Virus record (IMG/VR): IMGVR_UViG_3300007351_000002
Direction: 5' to 3' (one strand)
DNA length: 64,000 nt
Origin: a virus
How positions within the stretch are numbered: the first letter of the stretch is position 1; each line of letters starts with the position of its first letter. Of this stretch, positions 25,289 through 34,676 are shown piece by piece. The position numbers were made by a program, and so were the translations under genes. The notes beneath the pieces are model-generated. The model was not told where the DNA came from, did not search any database, and was given only the letters and a program-made list of their open reading frames with translations.

Positions 25289-27361
25289 ATGAATGAAGAA
25301 AATAAAATGTATATTAAAGCTACAGACCAAAATTTAAAAAAATACTCTATTCCAGATAATAATGTTTTAATGAATAATAAATCCATAGCCTCATCGTCTG
25401 ATCCAAGATTGATGAGTGGATTCAACAGATTTGATACAGATTTTCATAGGCCGGAAGATAGAATACCCACAAAACATCAGGATATAATACAATTATGTCA
25501 AAGTATTTATAAGAAAAATGGATTTATAAGAAACATTATTGATCTTATGGCAGATTTTGCTTCTGAAGGAATGGACATAAGATCACCAATAAAAAGTCAA
25601 GAAAAATTCTATAAAGAATGGGCAAAAAGAGTTAATCTTCAGGGTCGTGCTCATGATTTTATGAAATTAATGCTTCGTGACGCTAATGTTATAATAAGAA
25701 GAAAAACTGCCTATATTACAAAACCAGTTGTTAAAGAAATGAGTAGGGCATTTTATGATTTCACAATAGATAATGTTGATGAAAAGAAAGTAAGTGAAAA
25801 ACCAGATAAGATATTAAAAGATAAAACTAAAATTCTAAAAAACGAGATTCCTTGGGGTTATACTTTTATATCTCCTGTTATTGTTGAAAAAATAGGTGGT
25901 CCAGTAGGCAGATTCTTTGGTAGTTCAGCGCTTGGGATGAGAATAACTACCGAGTTGGCACAATCAATAAATAACCCAAAGACTGATGCGGAAAGAAAAT
26001 TCATTTCTAATTTACCATCAGAAGTTATTGCTGCTGCTAAAAACAATTCTAAAATAATAGCCCTTGATCAATCAAAAATGTATATAGATTATTACGAAAA
26101 GGATGACTGGGAAGATTGGGGTACACCATTTTTATATGGGGTTATAGAAGATCTTTTACTAAAAGACAAAATGAAACAGGCAGATAAATCCGCTTTGGAT
26201 GGAGTAATAAATACTATTCGTTTATGGAAACTTGGAAAATCTGATAGTAAAATTCTTCCTACTCCAGCGGCAGTCAATAAATTACTTACTATACTTCAGC
26301 ATAACGTTGGGGGTGGAAGCAAAGATATAGTATGGGATGATATGATTGATCTTCAAGTTGAATATCCTCCAACAGATAAGATACTTGGTTCTGATAAATA
26401 TAAGAGTGTTAATGCCGATATAATTAAAGGGCTTGGTATACCAGATTCTTTAGTTGGCGGAACTGATTTGGGAACAAGAAATGCGCAAACCGGCTTTATA
26501 CAACTAAAAACATTAGTAGAAAGATTAGAATATGTAAGAGAAAAATGTATAAATTGGATTCAACTCGAACTAAATATTTTATCTAAAGCTATGGGTTTTA
26601 AAAAAACACCAATTATAACATTTGAAAGCATGTCTCTTAGAGATGAAGCCGCAGAAAAACAATTGATGATACAATTACTTGATAGAGGTTTAATATCTGT
26701 GGAAACTGTTCATAAAACTTTTGGCAATGATTTTACATTAGAATTAGAGAATTTAAGAATCGAACAAAGTATACGAAATAAAGAACCAAATATTCTAGAA
26801 AAAGCAAATCCATATTATAGACCGTTAAGTACAATGCAATTTCAAAAAGACACACAGTTAGAATTAGAAAAACTTAAACAAGAAGGATCACTCGTTGGTG
26901 ATAATTTAGCTGGCGATCAACCTAGAAAAGAAGGTATAAATGGTCCCGGTAGACCACCTGGTAATAAAGACACAAAACCAAGGGATACAAGAACGCCAAA
27001 ATCATTGTCTGTACTTAAATCTGTTGGAGAAGAATTTCTGTCAGAAATAGATTGCATAATAGATCCAATATTTTTATCTAAAAATAATATTAAAAACATA
27101 AGATCTTTAACTAAAAAACAAAAAGAGGAACTCCAAAATATAAAGCATTTAATACTATCAGGAGTTAAAATTGATGATAAAATAACAATGGAACGAATAA
27201 AAAATATAGTATCAAATTCGTGTTCATCTAATATAAACGATTTCAATAGGATATTAAAAGATCTTATTAATGAATATAAAATAACTAATAATAAAGAAAT
27301 GTCAATAGCGGTGTATAAATCGCTTGCTAGTTCTGCATGGGCAATAATGCACGGAGATTAA
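25289..27361 (+). CDS. portal protein
   Basis: 690 aa, immediately downstream of TerL. Size and position are typical. No family motif was verified. Confidence 0.65.
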   Translation: MNEENKMYIKATDQNLKKYSIPDNNVLMNNKSIASSSDPRLMSGFNRFDTDFHRPEDRIPTKHQDIIQLCQSIYKKNGFIRNIIDLMADFASEGMDIRSPIKSQEKFYKEWAKRVNLQGRAHDFMKLMLRDANVIIRRKTAYITKPVVKEMSRAFYDFTIDNVDEKKVSEKPDKILKDKTKILKNEIPWGYTFISPVIVEKIGGPVGRFFGSSALGMRITTELAQSINNPKTDAERKFISNLPSEVIAAAKNNSKIIALDQSKMYIDYYEKDDWEDWGTPFLYGVIEDLLLKDKMKQADKSALDGVINTIRLWKLGKSDSKILPTPAAVNKLLTILQHNVGGGSKDIVWDDMIDLQVEYPPTDKILGSDKYKSVNADIIKGLGIPDSLVGGTDLGTRNAQTGFIQLKTLVERLEYVREKCINWIQLELNILSKAMGFKKTPIITFESMSLRDEAAEKQLMIQLLDRGLISVETVHKTFGNDFTLELENLRIEQSIRNKEPNILEKANPYYRPLSTMQFQKDTQLELEKLKQEGSLVGDNLAGDQPRKEGINGPGRPPGNKDTKPRDTRTPKSLSVLKSVGEEFLSEIDCIIDPIFLSKNNIKNIRSLTKKQKEELQNIKHLILSGVKIDDKITMERIKNIVSNSCSSNINDFNRILKDLINEYKITNNKEMSIAVYKSLASSAWAIMHGD

Positions 27362-27362
27362 T

Positions 27363-27911
27363 GTGTCTTTAAGTGATAAATATATAAAAATTATAGAAGA
27401 AGCCAAAAGCAAGTATTCAATTGGAGCATTTGGTGATTCGTCTTTTCCGGATGCAGCTTTTATTGTTGAAAGGGGTGCTGAAAAAGATGATTCTGGGAAA
27501 ACATTACAAAAATTCAGGCATTTACCACATCATAACAAAAATGTAACAGATCCCAATGATAATTCAAGTGTTGATATTCCACATCTTAGGAATGCACTCG
27601 CTCGTGCCAGTCAAGTTAAACCAATAAAAGAAGCAAAATCCGGCTATGTGTCAAGAGCGACAACACATCTTCGGCGTCATGCCAAAACTCTTTTAAAAAC
27701 AAGTAAAACTAATGCGGAATTAAAAGAAATTCAAGATCTTTGTAATGAATTTGAAATTCCATTTGATAATAAATCGGAAGCTGCTATAAAAGTAGTTAAA
27801 AATGGTGATGCAGAAATGCCTTATTGTGTTATGTCAAATGGTAAGAAAGTAAAATGTTATAATCGAATGAAGGATGCGCAGGACCACATAAATAAAATTA
27901 TGAAAGGGTAA
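27363..27911 (+). CDS. hypothetical head-module protein (182 aa)
   Basis: ORF tightly packed after the portal gene. Confidence 0.5.
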   Translation: MSLSDKYIKIIEEAKSKYSIGAFGDSSFPDAAFIVERGAEKDDSGKTLQKFRHLPHHNKNVTDPNDNSSVDIPHLRNALARASQVKPIKEAKSGYVSRATTHLRRHAKTLLKTSKTNAELKEIQDLCNEFEIPFDNKSEAAIKVVKNGDAEMPYCVMSNGKKVKCYNRMKDAQDHINKIMKG

Positions 27912-27914
27912 TTT

Positions 27915-28235
27915 ATGGCAATCGCGGTTATTTCTTTAGATATAGAAAAAAGAGTATGTACACTAACAATTGATGGCGTACTTGTACCATCAGACTCATT
28001 ATATTTTAATAAGAACAAGGATTATAATGGTAATGATTACCTGTCATTTGGCTATATGACAGTTACAAATGACAAAAATGGTATGAAACAGATGGTAGAA
28101 TATATTCTTCCTAGAGAAGAAAATGAAGATATGCATGAATATTCGGTACAGAAAAATGGTCTTGCCTGTAGAATAATAGATAAAACAAAAGAATTAATGA
28201 AAGACGTTGCTAATTTTTTAACTAAAAAGCCATAA
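27915..28235 (+). CDS. hypothetical protein (106 aa)
   Basis: ORF in the head module. Confidence 0.5.
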   Translation: MAIAVISLDIEKRVCTLTIDGVLVPSDSLYFNKNKDYNGNDYLSFGYMTVTNDKNGMKQMVEYILPREENEDMHEYSVQKNGLACRIIDKTKELMKDVANFLTKKP

Positions 28236-28262
28236 TTGAAAAGTATTTATTTAAATTTAATT

Positions 28263-28272
28263 TGTGTATAAA
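28263..28272 (+). promoter_or_regulatory. conserved TGTGTATAAA element
   Basis: Exact 10-mer ending 6 nt before the ATG at 28279. No SD is present, so this is a possible leaderless start. Confidence 0.4.
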
Positions 28273-28278
28273 AATTAC

Positions 28279-29649
28279 ATGAAGATATATAAAGCAGAAC
28301 AAAGTGATGGTTTATTAGATATTTTAAATAAAAGTTTTGCTAATATTCAGTGTAAATTTACAATTTCTAATAAAAATTCTTTTGAAGATCTTTTAAGGGA
28401 ATTATCTTTAGCAGAAAATATTAATTATGTTAAAGATTTAATAGGACAAGATCAACAAGATTTAGCTTTCATATCATCAATTCTTGTTAGTGCCGGATGG
28501 AATTTGAACGATGATATATTTATTCCAATAGAATTATGGAAGGCAAGATATACTCCTAAACACAAACCAATAAACAATGAACATAATGATACGGAAATAT
28601 TGGGTCATATAATAGAAAGCAGGGCTGTTGATAAGGGTGGTAAAGAAATAATACTTAGCGAATCAGATATTATTCCTGATGAATTTGATATAGAAGTTGC
28701 TGGTGTTTTATATAAATCATTACCTCAACTTAAAGATAAGATAACTAATATTATAGAAAAGGCTAATAAAGGCGAATTATTTGTTTCTATGGAATGTTGG
28801 TTTGATGATTTAGCTTATGGAATAGTGGATTCTTCTTCTGGTAAAACTACTGTAATAGAAAGAAAAGAAGAAACTGCATTTTTAACAAAACATTTAAAAG
28901 CTTATGGAGGGACTGGTGAATTCAAAGGATTTAAGGTGGGAAGGATTTTAAAGAATATTGTATTTGGTGGACAAGGATTGGTTAAGAATCCTGCTAATCC
29001 AGAATCCGTTATAAAAATTGCTGCTAACTTAGAAGGGGGTGCAAAAAAAATGGATGAAGCAACTAAAAAGCAATTAGATGAGGCTTTAGCTAATTCTGCA
29101 AATAAAGATAAGCAGATAGAAAGTCTTGCCAAAGATCTTGAAGCATCTAAGGCACAAACCAATATGTTTGAAACTAAAGTAAAAGAATATGATGCAGAGA
29201 TAAAGAAATTTCTTTCTCAATTATCTACTGCTGCCGAAGATATAAAGGGTTTAGAATCTGAAAAAGATGAATTAACCAAGAAATTAGAAGAAGTTACTGC
29301 TAACTTTAATAAAGTCAATGATGAGTTGGCTAAAATTACTAAGGCTAATGTAACTAAAGAAAGAATAGAAAAACTTTCTAAAGTTAAAGATCTTTCGGAA
29401 GCAGAAATAAAAGAAGTTGCCGAAATGTCTGATGACACATTCAATGCTGTTCTAAAATATGCAAGTATTAATACAGAAAAGAAAGAAACTAAAAAAGAAG
29501 AAGAAGTAACTGCTTCTGTAAAAGTAGAAACAAATGAAGAACCAGTTTTTCAGGGCGGGAATGATGACGTAGAAGATAAATCGGCAGAAATAGCTCAAGC
29601 TACTGCCAGATGTTTACTTGGTATAAATAAAGAAGAAGGGGGTGAATAG
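28279..29649 (+). CDS. scaffolding protein candidate (globular N-domain plus a long coiled-coil C-terminal half)
   Basis: The Lys/Glu/Ala-rich heptad-like C-terminal 200 aa and the position just before the decoration and capsid genes. The start is taken at the first ATG rather than the GTG at 28264. Confidence 0.5.
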   Translation: MKIYKAEQSDGLLDILNKSFANIQCKFTISNKNSFEDLLRELSLAENINYVKDLIGQDQQDLAFISSILVSAGWNLNDDIFIPIELWKARYTPKHKPINNEHNDTEILGHIIESRAVDKGGKEIILSESDIIPDEFDIEVAGVLYKSLPQLKDKITNIIEKANKGELFVSMECWFDDLAYGIVDSSSGKTTVIERKEETAFLTKHLKAYGGTGEFKGFKVGRILKNIVFGGQGLVKNPANPESVIKIAANLEGGAKKMDEATKKQLDEALANSANKDKQIESLAKDLEASKAQTNMFETKVKEYDAEIKKFLSQLSTAAEDIKGLESEKDELTKKLEEVTANFNKVNDELAKITKANVTKERIEKLSKVKDLSEAEIKEVAEMSDDTFNAVLKYASINTEKKETKKEEEVTASVKVETNEEPVFQGGNDDVEDKSAEIAQATARCLLGINKEEGGE

Positions 29650-29651
29650 TA

Positions 29652-30128
29652 ATGGCTCTAAGACCAGATCGTGATTACGCAGAAGTTACCGATATTTCGC
29701 AATATTGGTCAGAAGTAGCTGCTCAAAATACACAAGAAAAAGGTGGAATTGCTTGTGTAGAGACGCAGGGTTCTGGAGTAGCATTGGACGATATTACTAA
29801 CGTTGTTCAATATGCTGATAGTGCTTCTGGCGCTGTACCAAAAGGCATTTTGCTACAAGATGTTAATCCTCCAATGAGTGCAACGCGAGATTTCAAGAAC
29901 TTTGCAAATATGGAAGTTCGTCCGGGTGAAAAGGTAACATTGCTCCGTAAAGGGTGGCTTGTTACTGATATGTTTGTTAGTGGAATCAGTATATCTGTTG
30001 GTGGACCTGCTTATGTTGGCCCAAGTGGGCTAATTGCAGCTACATCGGGTACTGGTTCTTCTGTTATCGGAAGATTTGAAACCACGCTTGATGCTGATGG
30101 TTTCGCTAAAGTTTATGTTGATATTTAA
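29652..30128 (+). CDS. head decoration / DUF2190-like protein candidate
   Basis: 158 aa, Gly/Val-rich beta-type sequence directly upstream of the capsid gene. Confidence 0.4.
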   Translation: MALRPDRDYAEVTDISQYWSEVAAQNTQEKGGIACVETQGSGVALDDITNVVQYADSASGAVPKGILLQDVNPPMSATRDFKNFANMEVRPGEKVTLLRKGWLVTDMFVSGISISVGGPAYVGPSGLIAATSGTGSSVIGRFETTLDADGFAKVYVDI

Positions 30129-30147
30129 TAGAAGGGGGTGAAACAGA

Positions 30148-31179
30148 ATGAAGTCAAAGAATAAAATACAAAAACCTACACAAGAGATGATAGATCTCTT
30201 GAGAGACACTGGATCTAATGATCGAAGTGTTTCTGAAAAAGCTATGAGATCATTGGCTGCTGCTCTGCAAGAACCTCTTCGTGAAGGTTTGTTAAATGGA
30301 GATATTCTTAATGGAATTTTCTCTGTAGAACAATTGCAGCCAGGCGCTACTGCTGAATATTCTCTAGATTTATATCAGCAACATCAGGATGGGCAATATA
30401 CTGCCTATCAGGTTCCAAGTGAAGGTGCCATTCCACAAAGAACAGTTTCGTCCGATAGTATTACTGTTCAAACATTTACTATCGCCAATTCAATAGATTG
30501 GCCTCTAAAATATAGTCGTGATGCAAGATGGAATGTTGTTGCTCGTGCTATGGAAGTAATGAATAACGGATTTGTTCGTAAAATTAATACCGATGGTTGG
30601 CATGCACTCATAACCGCTGCCGCTGGTAGAACCGACTTTGCTGGTGGCGCACCTATGGTTTTTGATAGTGCTGCTGCTGTTGGTCAGTTTACAAAGAGAT
30701 TAGTAAGTCTAATGAAAACATCTATGGCTAGATTGGCTGGTGGTAATAGTGCCACTCCTAATCGTGGTCGTCTAACAGATCTCTATATCAGTCTAGAAGC
30801 ATTAGAAGATATCAGAAATTGGGATATAGATGACGTAGATGATTTCACTCGGCGAGAAATATTTGTAGCATCAGATAGCGGTGGTCCTCTAGCATCACTT
30901 TATGGTGTTCAATTACATCCTCTATTCGAACTTGGTGTAGGTCAAGAATATCAGACATTCTTCGAGACATTGGGTGTGAGTATGGGAACAAGCGACGAAG
31001 AAATTGTTGTGGGCCTTGATTTGAGCACAAATGATTCATTCGTTATGCCAGTACGTGAACCACTAACTATTACAGAAGATCCTGCTCTGCATCGCAGACA
31101 GAAACAAGGGTTCTATGGATGGCAGGAACATGGGTTCGCGGTGCTCGACCCACGGAGGGTTATATTGGGCTCATTATAG
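30148..31179 (+). CDS. major capsid protein candidate
   Basis: 343 aa with a GGGGG/GTGA-type SD, higher GC than its neighbours, followed by a strong terminator. It sits at the canonical position after the scaffold. Confidence 0.65.
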   Translation: MKSKNKIQKPTQEMIDLLRDTGSNDRSVSEKAMRSLAAALQEPLREGLLNGDILNGIFSVEQLQPGATAEYSLDLYQQHQDGQYTAYQVPSEGAIPQRTVSSDSITVQTFTIANSIDWPLKYSRDARWNVVARAMEVMNNGFVRKINTDGWHALITAAAGRTDFAGGAPMVFDSAAAVGQFTKRLVSLMKTSMARLAGGNSATPNRGRLTDLYISLEALEDIRNWDIDDVDDFTRREIFVASDSGGPLASLYGVQLHPLFELGVGQEYQTFFETLGVSMGTSDEEIVVGLDLSTNDSFVMPVREPLTITEDPALHRRQKQGFYGWQEHGFAVLDPRRVILGSL

Positions 31180-31203
31180 GAACCTTTTACTTTTAATGAA
31201 ATT

Positions 31204-31230
31204 TGGGGGATATTTTTCCCCCATTTTTCT
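31204..31230 (+). terminator. rho-independent terminator
   Basis: TGGGGGA-TATTTT-TCCCCCA hairpin followed by a T-run. Confidence 0.75.
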
Positions 31231-31313
31231 TATAAAAAAAGTAAAACATTACGAAAATTTATTCAATTAGTTGCTATAATACCATATAGGAAAAATGTTT
31301 TTTGGAGAAATAC

Positions 31314-32564
31314 ATGAAATTTGATTCGGAAGATGTTAAAAGGATCATAGATCTTTATGTGAATGAAAATAAATCGGCTACAGAATTATCTAAAATATTT
31401 AATTGCACAATTAAAACTATTACAACTTATTTAAGAAATAATAATATAAAAATTAAGAATAGTGGATATTGGCACAAAAAGGTAGAAATTGAACAAATAA
31501 AATATGACTATGAAGTATTAAAATTATCCACGACACAAATTGCTAAAAAATATGGAATGAGTAATTCGTCTATTTTTTGCAGATTAAAAGATAACGGTAT
31601 ACAAATCAGGACAAGAAAAGAAGCTGTAAATCGTCAAATTCCATTATCGGAACATGAAAAAATTTGCGATTTATACATTAATGATAAAACACAAAATTGC
31701 GGAAAGATAGCAAAATTATACAATGTTCATAAAACTACAATAGCTAATATACTTAGAAATAACGGAATAATATTAGAAAAATCTATAGGAGAAAGAAATC
31801 CATCTTTTAAAGGTGGAATAACTCCATTACATACAAGAATTCGTAATTGCGAAAAATCTGAATTTTGGAAAAAGGCTTGTTTAGAAAGAGATGAATATAA
31901 ATGCAAAATAACCGGAGAAACTAGAGATTTGCAGGTTCATCACTTCCCTAAAACATTTTCTGAAATATTCGAAGAATTTTTAAGGCTATATCCTAATTTA
32001 AGACCAATAGAAAATTCTGATAAACTATTTGAGTTAGCACAAAATTATGAACCGTTCTGGGAGATAAATAATGGATTAACTATTTGTGAGTCTGTTCATA
32101 AAAGATTGCATACGAAAAAGGGTGTAAAAGATGAAGAAATAATTGCTCTACATAATCAGGGGTGGTCGTGTGAAAAAATATCTAATCATTTTGGTAAATC
32201 AAAAGGATTTGCCAGATCAAGATTATTATCTTTAGGAATACAATTGAGGGATGTCGGATACTATAATGAACAAAGAGGATCTATAACAGAAGAAATAAGT
32301 AAAGAAGTATTAGAAGCCTATGTCAATAATGAAACTACAAGGAATATATGCAAAAAATATAGTATTAGTAATGGAACTTTATATAAAATATTAGAGGAAA
32401 ATAATATAGTGCCAGGGAAAAGAAGGCGTGACCAAAGAAGTGATGCCACAAAACAAGCCGAAAGAGTAATAAAATTAAATGCCGCAGGCGTAACTATCGA
32501 AGAAATAGCTAAAATATACGAAGTTAGCGAAACTACCATAAGGAATATTTTAAAAATCAATTAA
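31314..32564 (+). CDS. HNH homing endonuclease flanked by six HTH DNA-binding modules
   Basis: Central HNH (LQVHHFP...ICESVHKRLH). Three repeated HTH units of about 45-55 aa lie before it and three after. Start taken at the ATG at 31314, after GGAG. Confidence 0.7.
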   Translation: MKFDSEDVKRIIDLYVNENKSATELSKIFNCTIKTITTYLRNNNIKIKNSGYWHKKVEIEQIKYDYEVLKLSTTQIAKKYGMSNSSIFCRLKDNGIQIRTRKEAVNRQIPLSEHEKICDLYINDKTQNCGKIAKLYNVHKTTIANILRNNGIILEKSIGERNPSFKGGITPLHTRIRNCEKSEFWKKACLERDEYKCKITGETRDLQVHHFPKTFSEIFEEFLRLYPNLRPIENSDKLFELAQNYEPFWEINNGLTICESVHKRLHTKKGVKDEEIIALHNQGWSCEKISNHFGKSKGFARSRLLSLGIQLRDVGYYNEQRGSITEEISKEVLEAYVNNETTRNICKKYSISNGTLYKILEENNIVPGKRRRDQRSDATKQAERVIKLNAAGVTIEEIAKIYEVSETTIRNILKIN

Positions 32565-32622
32565 TTAACCCAATCCCACTAAACTTACATGTCTTGCTAA
32601 AAATCCAATTTCTTTTGACTTA

Positions 32623-32632
32623 TGTGTATAAA
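32623..32632 (+). promoter_or_regulatory. conserved TGTGTATAAA element
   Basis: Exact 10-mer in the intergenic region ahead of 32656 and the fibre operon. Confidence 0.4.
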
Positions 32633-32655
32633 CAATGTAATTGAACGGTATTTTT

Positions 32656-33036
32656 ATGCGCGATAGCAAAATACTAAATTTATATTTAAAACATAGGAAA
32701 AGCATAAGAGATATTTCAATTTTAGATGGAAGAAGCGAAAGTACAATTTATAAAATATTACTTGAAAACAATATTGAACTAAGAGATAAATCAGAAGCCA
32801 ATAAGATTGTACCTGATAAAATTCTTATTAAACTTTATAATTTGGGCCTATCATTTTCTCAAATAGGAACATTGATGAGAATAAATCCAACGACAGTATC
32901 AAAAAGATTCAACTCATTGGGATTCCCAACAAGATCTTCTTGTCTTGCTAAAAACATAAAATATTCTGATGATGAATTTAAAAAATATTTTTGCAATAAA
33001 AGATTTATAGACAAAATAAAACTTATTGAGAGTTAA
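32656..33036 (+). CDS. HTH-repeat protein related to the DNA-binding modules of 31314-32564 (nuclease-less remnant or regulator)
   Basis: Two HTH units (SESTIYKILLENNIELRDKSEA, SFSQIGTLMRINPTTVSKRFNSLG) resemble those of the upstream HNH protein. No HNH motif is present. Confidence 0.5.
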   Translation: MRDSKILNLYLKHRKSIRDISILDGRSESTIYKILLENNIELRDKSEANKIVPDKILIKLYNLGLSFSQIGTLMRINPTTVSKRFNSLGFPTRSSCLAKNIKYSDDEFKKYFCNKRFIDKIKLIES

Positions 33037-33039
33037 ATT

Positions 33040-34674
33040 ATGATAGATATTGGTCCATTTCAATTAGGCCAGATGGATATCGGCCCATTTCAATCAGAAA
33101 GTCAATTAGCTTCTGGAATTAATACATCTGGCAATTTATTTGTACATGGTTTTGACTTAATTAATGATAACATAGAAACTTTTGTTGGTGGACATATATC
33201 CTTTAATAAAAATACTATTTTGTCCGGACAATATATCTATTGGACAGATGTTTTTTCTACTGTTATAGAAAGAATTAAAATAGATGGTACTGATAGAACT
33301 ATTATTGTTAGCGGATTGTCTATATCACAGGGTATTTATGTAGACCAAGATAACAATTATCTTTATTGGATTGATCGCGGAACAGATAAAATTCAAAGAT
33401 CTAATCTCGACGGAACTAATGTTATAGATCTTGTTACTTCTGGACTTACAGATCCACAAGGCATTTTTGTTGATATAATAAACAATAAAATTTATTGGGT
33501 TGATTTTACACTTGGAAATATTAAAAGATGTGATACAAATGGATCTAATATAGAGATTTTTGCCTCTGGTTTATCTGGTCCAGAAGATGTATTTGTAGAT
33601 AATGTCAATGATAAAGTGTATTGGACAGAATCAACTAATCCAAATGATTCGGTTAAAAGAGCTAATTTAGACGGTTCTAATGTAGAAGTTATTGTTAGTG
33701 GTATAAATAATCCGGAAGGAATAGATTTAGATTTAACAAATAATAAAATATATTTCGCAGAATCTGATGGAAAGAAAATAAGAAGATGTAATCTTGATGG
33801 AACTTCGTTAGAAACATTGGTTGATACTATTGGAACACCCGTTGGTTTAGACATTGATGTAGACAACGATAAAATATATTGGGTAGAAATTACTCCCGAT
33901 ACAATACAAAAATCAAATTTGGATGGTAGCAATCAATCAACCATAATTTCTGGATTAGCTTCTAGACCGCAGCAACTAGATTTATATACATCTCCAGAAA
34001 TCATATTTACGAATTTATTTATACATGGAAATGAATCGTTAAACGATCAAATAAACCTTGTATTGCCTTATCCGAGTTTTATAACAGATACATTAAACGC
34101 CTTCTTAAAAGTTCCTGAATTTATTGATAATTCAATTGTATCTTTTATGAATGGACATATAGTTTCTACTAGCGGTGTAGATTTGTTTACAATCGGTAAT
34201 AGTTTATTAACAGATGAATTAACATTATTCCTAATGGTTCCAGAAACTATAAATAATGATGCCAATCTATTTATTAAAGGAACAGTTTCTGGTCTTCCGG
34301 TGTCTGAATTGGGTGATGATGATTTTGGTTTTAATTTAGATATAGTATTTGCTAGATCGGATTATAGTCCACAAATAATAGGAAGATTTATAACAGATCC
34401 AAATACAGTAAGTATTCAAATATATAATATTATAAGTGGTGTAAATACTTTGGTTTCGTTAATCAGTGATGAATGCTATCAAATAGGTGATACTGGAAGA
34501 TGGGCGTGGTCAACAAGTAATTTACCATCATTGCAAGAAACAGTGAATCAGTTTATTTTTGTAATGACCGGTGACAACTTAGAAACATTTAAAGGTAAAT
34601 TTATTATTAAAAATAGTGTTAATATAAATAGCGGCAAAATACCAAGAGATAATAGTCATATTAGGAGAGTGTAG
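33040..34674 (+). CDS. fibre-like protein: DLFIxG repeats plus a six-blade YWTD-type beta-propeller plus C-terminal domain A
   Basis: Six blades are marked by YIYWTD, YLYWID, KIYWVD, KVYWTE, KIYFAE and KIYWVE, each followed by an R/K-x-NLDG-(T/S)-N type motif. 14-aa LF-x-G repeats flank the propeller. Confidence 0.7.
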   Translation: MIDIGPFQLGQMDIGPFQSESQLASGINTSGNLFVHGFDLINDNIETFVGGHISFNKNTILSGQYIYWTDVFSTVIERIKIDGTDRTIIVSGLSISQGIYVDQDNNYLYWIDRGTDKIQRSNLDGTNVIDLVTSGLTDPQGIFVDIINNKIYWVDFTLGNIKRCDTNGSNIEIFASGLSGPEDVFVDNVNDKVYWTESTNPNDSVKRANLDGSNVEVIVSGINNPEGIDLDLTNNKIYFAESDGKKIRRCNLDGTSLETLVDTIGTPVGLDIDVDNDKIYWVEITPDTIQKSNLDGSNQSTIISGLASRPQQLDLYTSPEIIFTNLFIHGNESLNDQINLVLPYPSFITDTLNAFLKVPEFIDNSIVSFMNGHIVSTSGVDLFTIGNSLLTDELTLFLMVPETINNDANLFIKGTVSGLPVSELGDDDFGFNLDIVFARSDYSPQIIGRFITDPNTVSIQIYNIISGVNTLVSLISDECYQIGDTGRWAWSTSNLPSLQETVNQFIFVMTGDNLETFKGKFIIKNSVNINSGKIPRDNSHIRRV

Positions 34675-34676
34675 AA

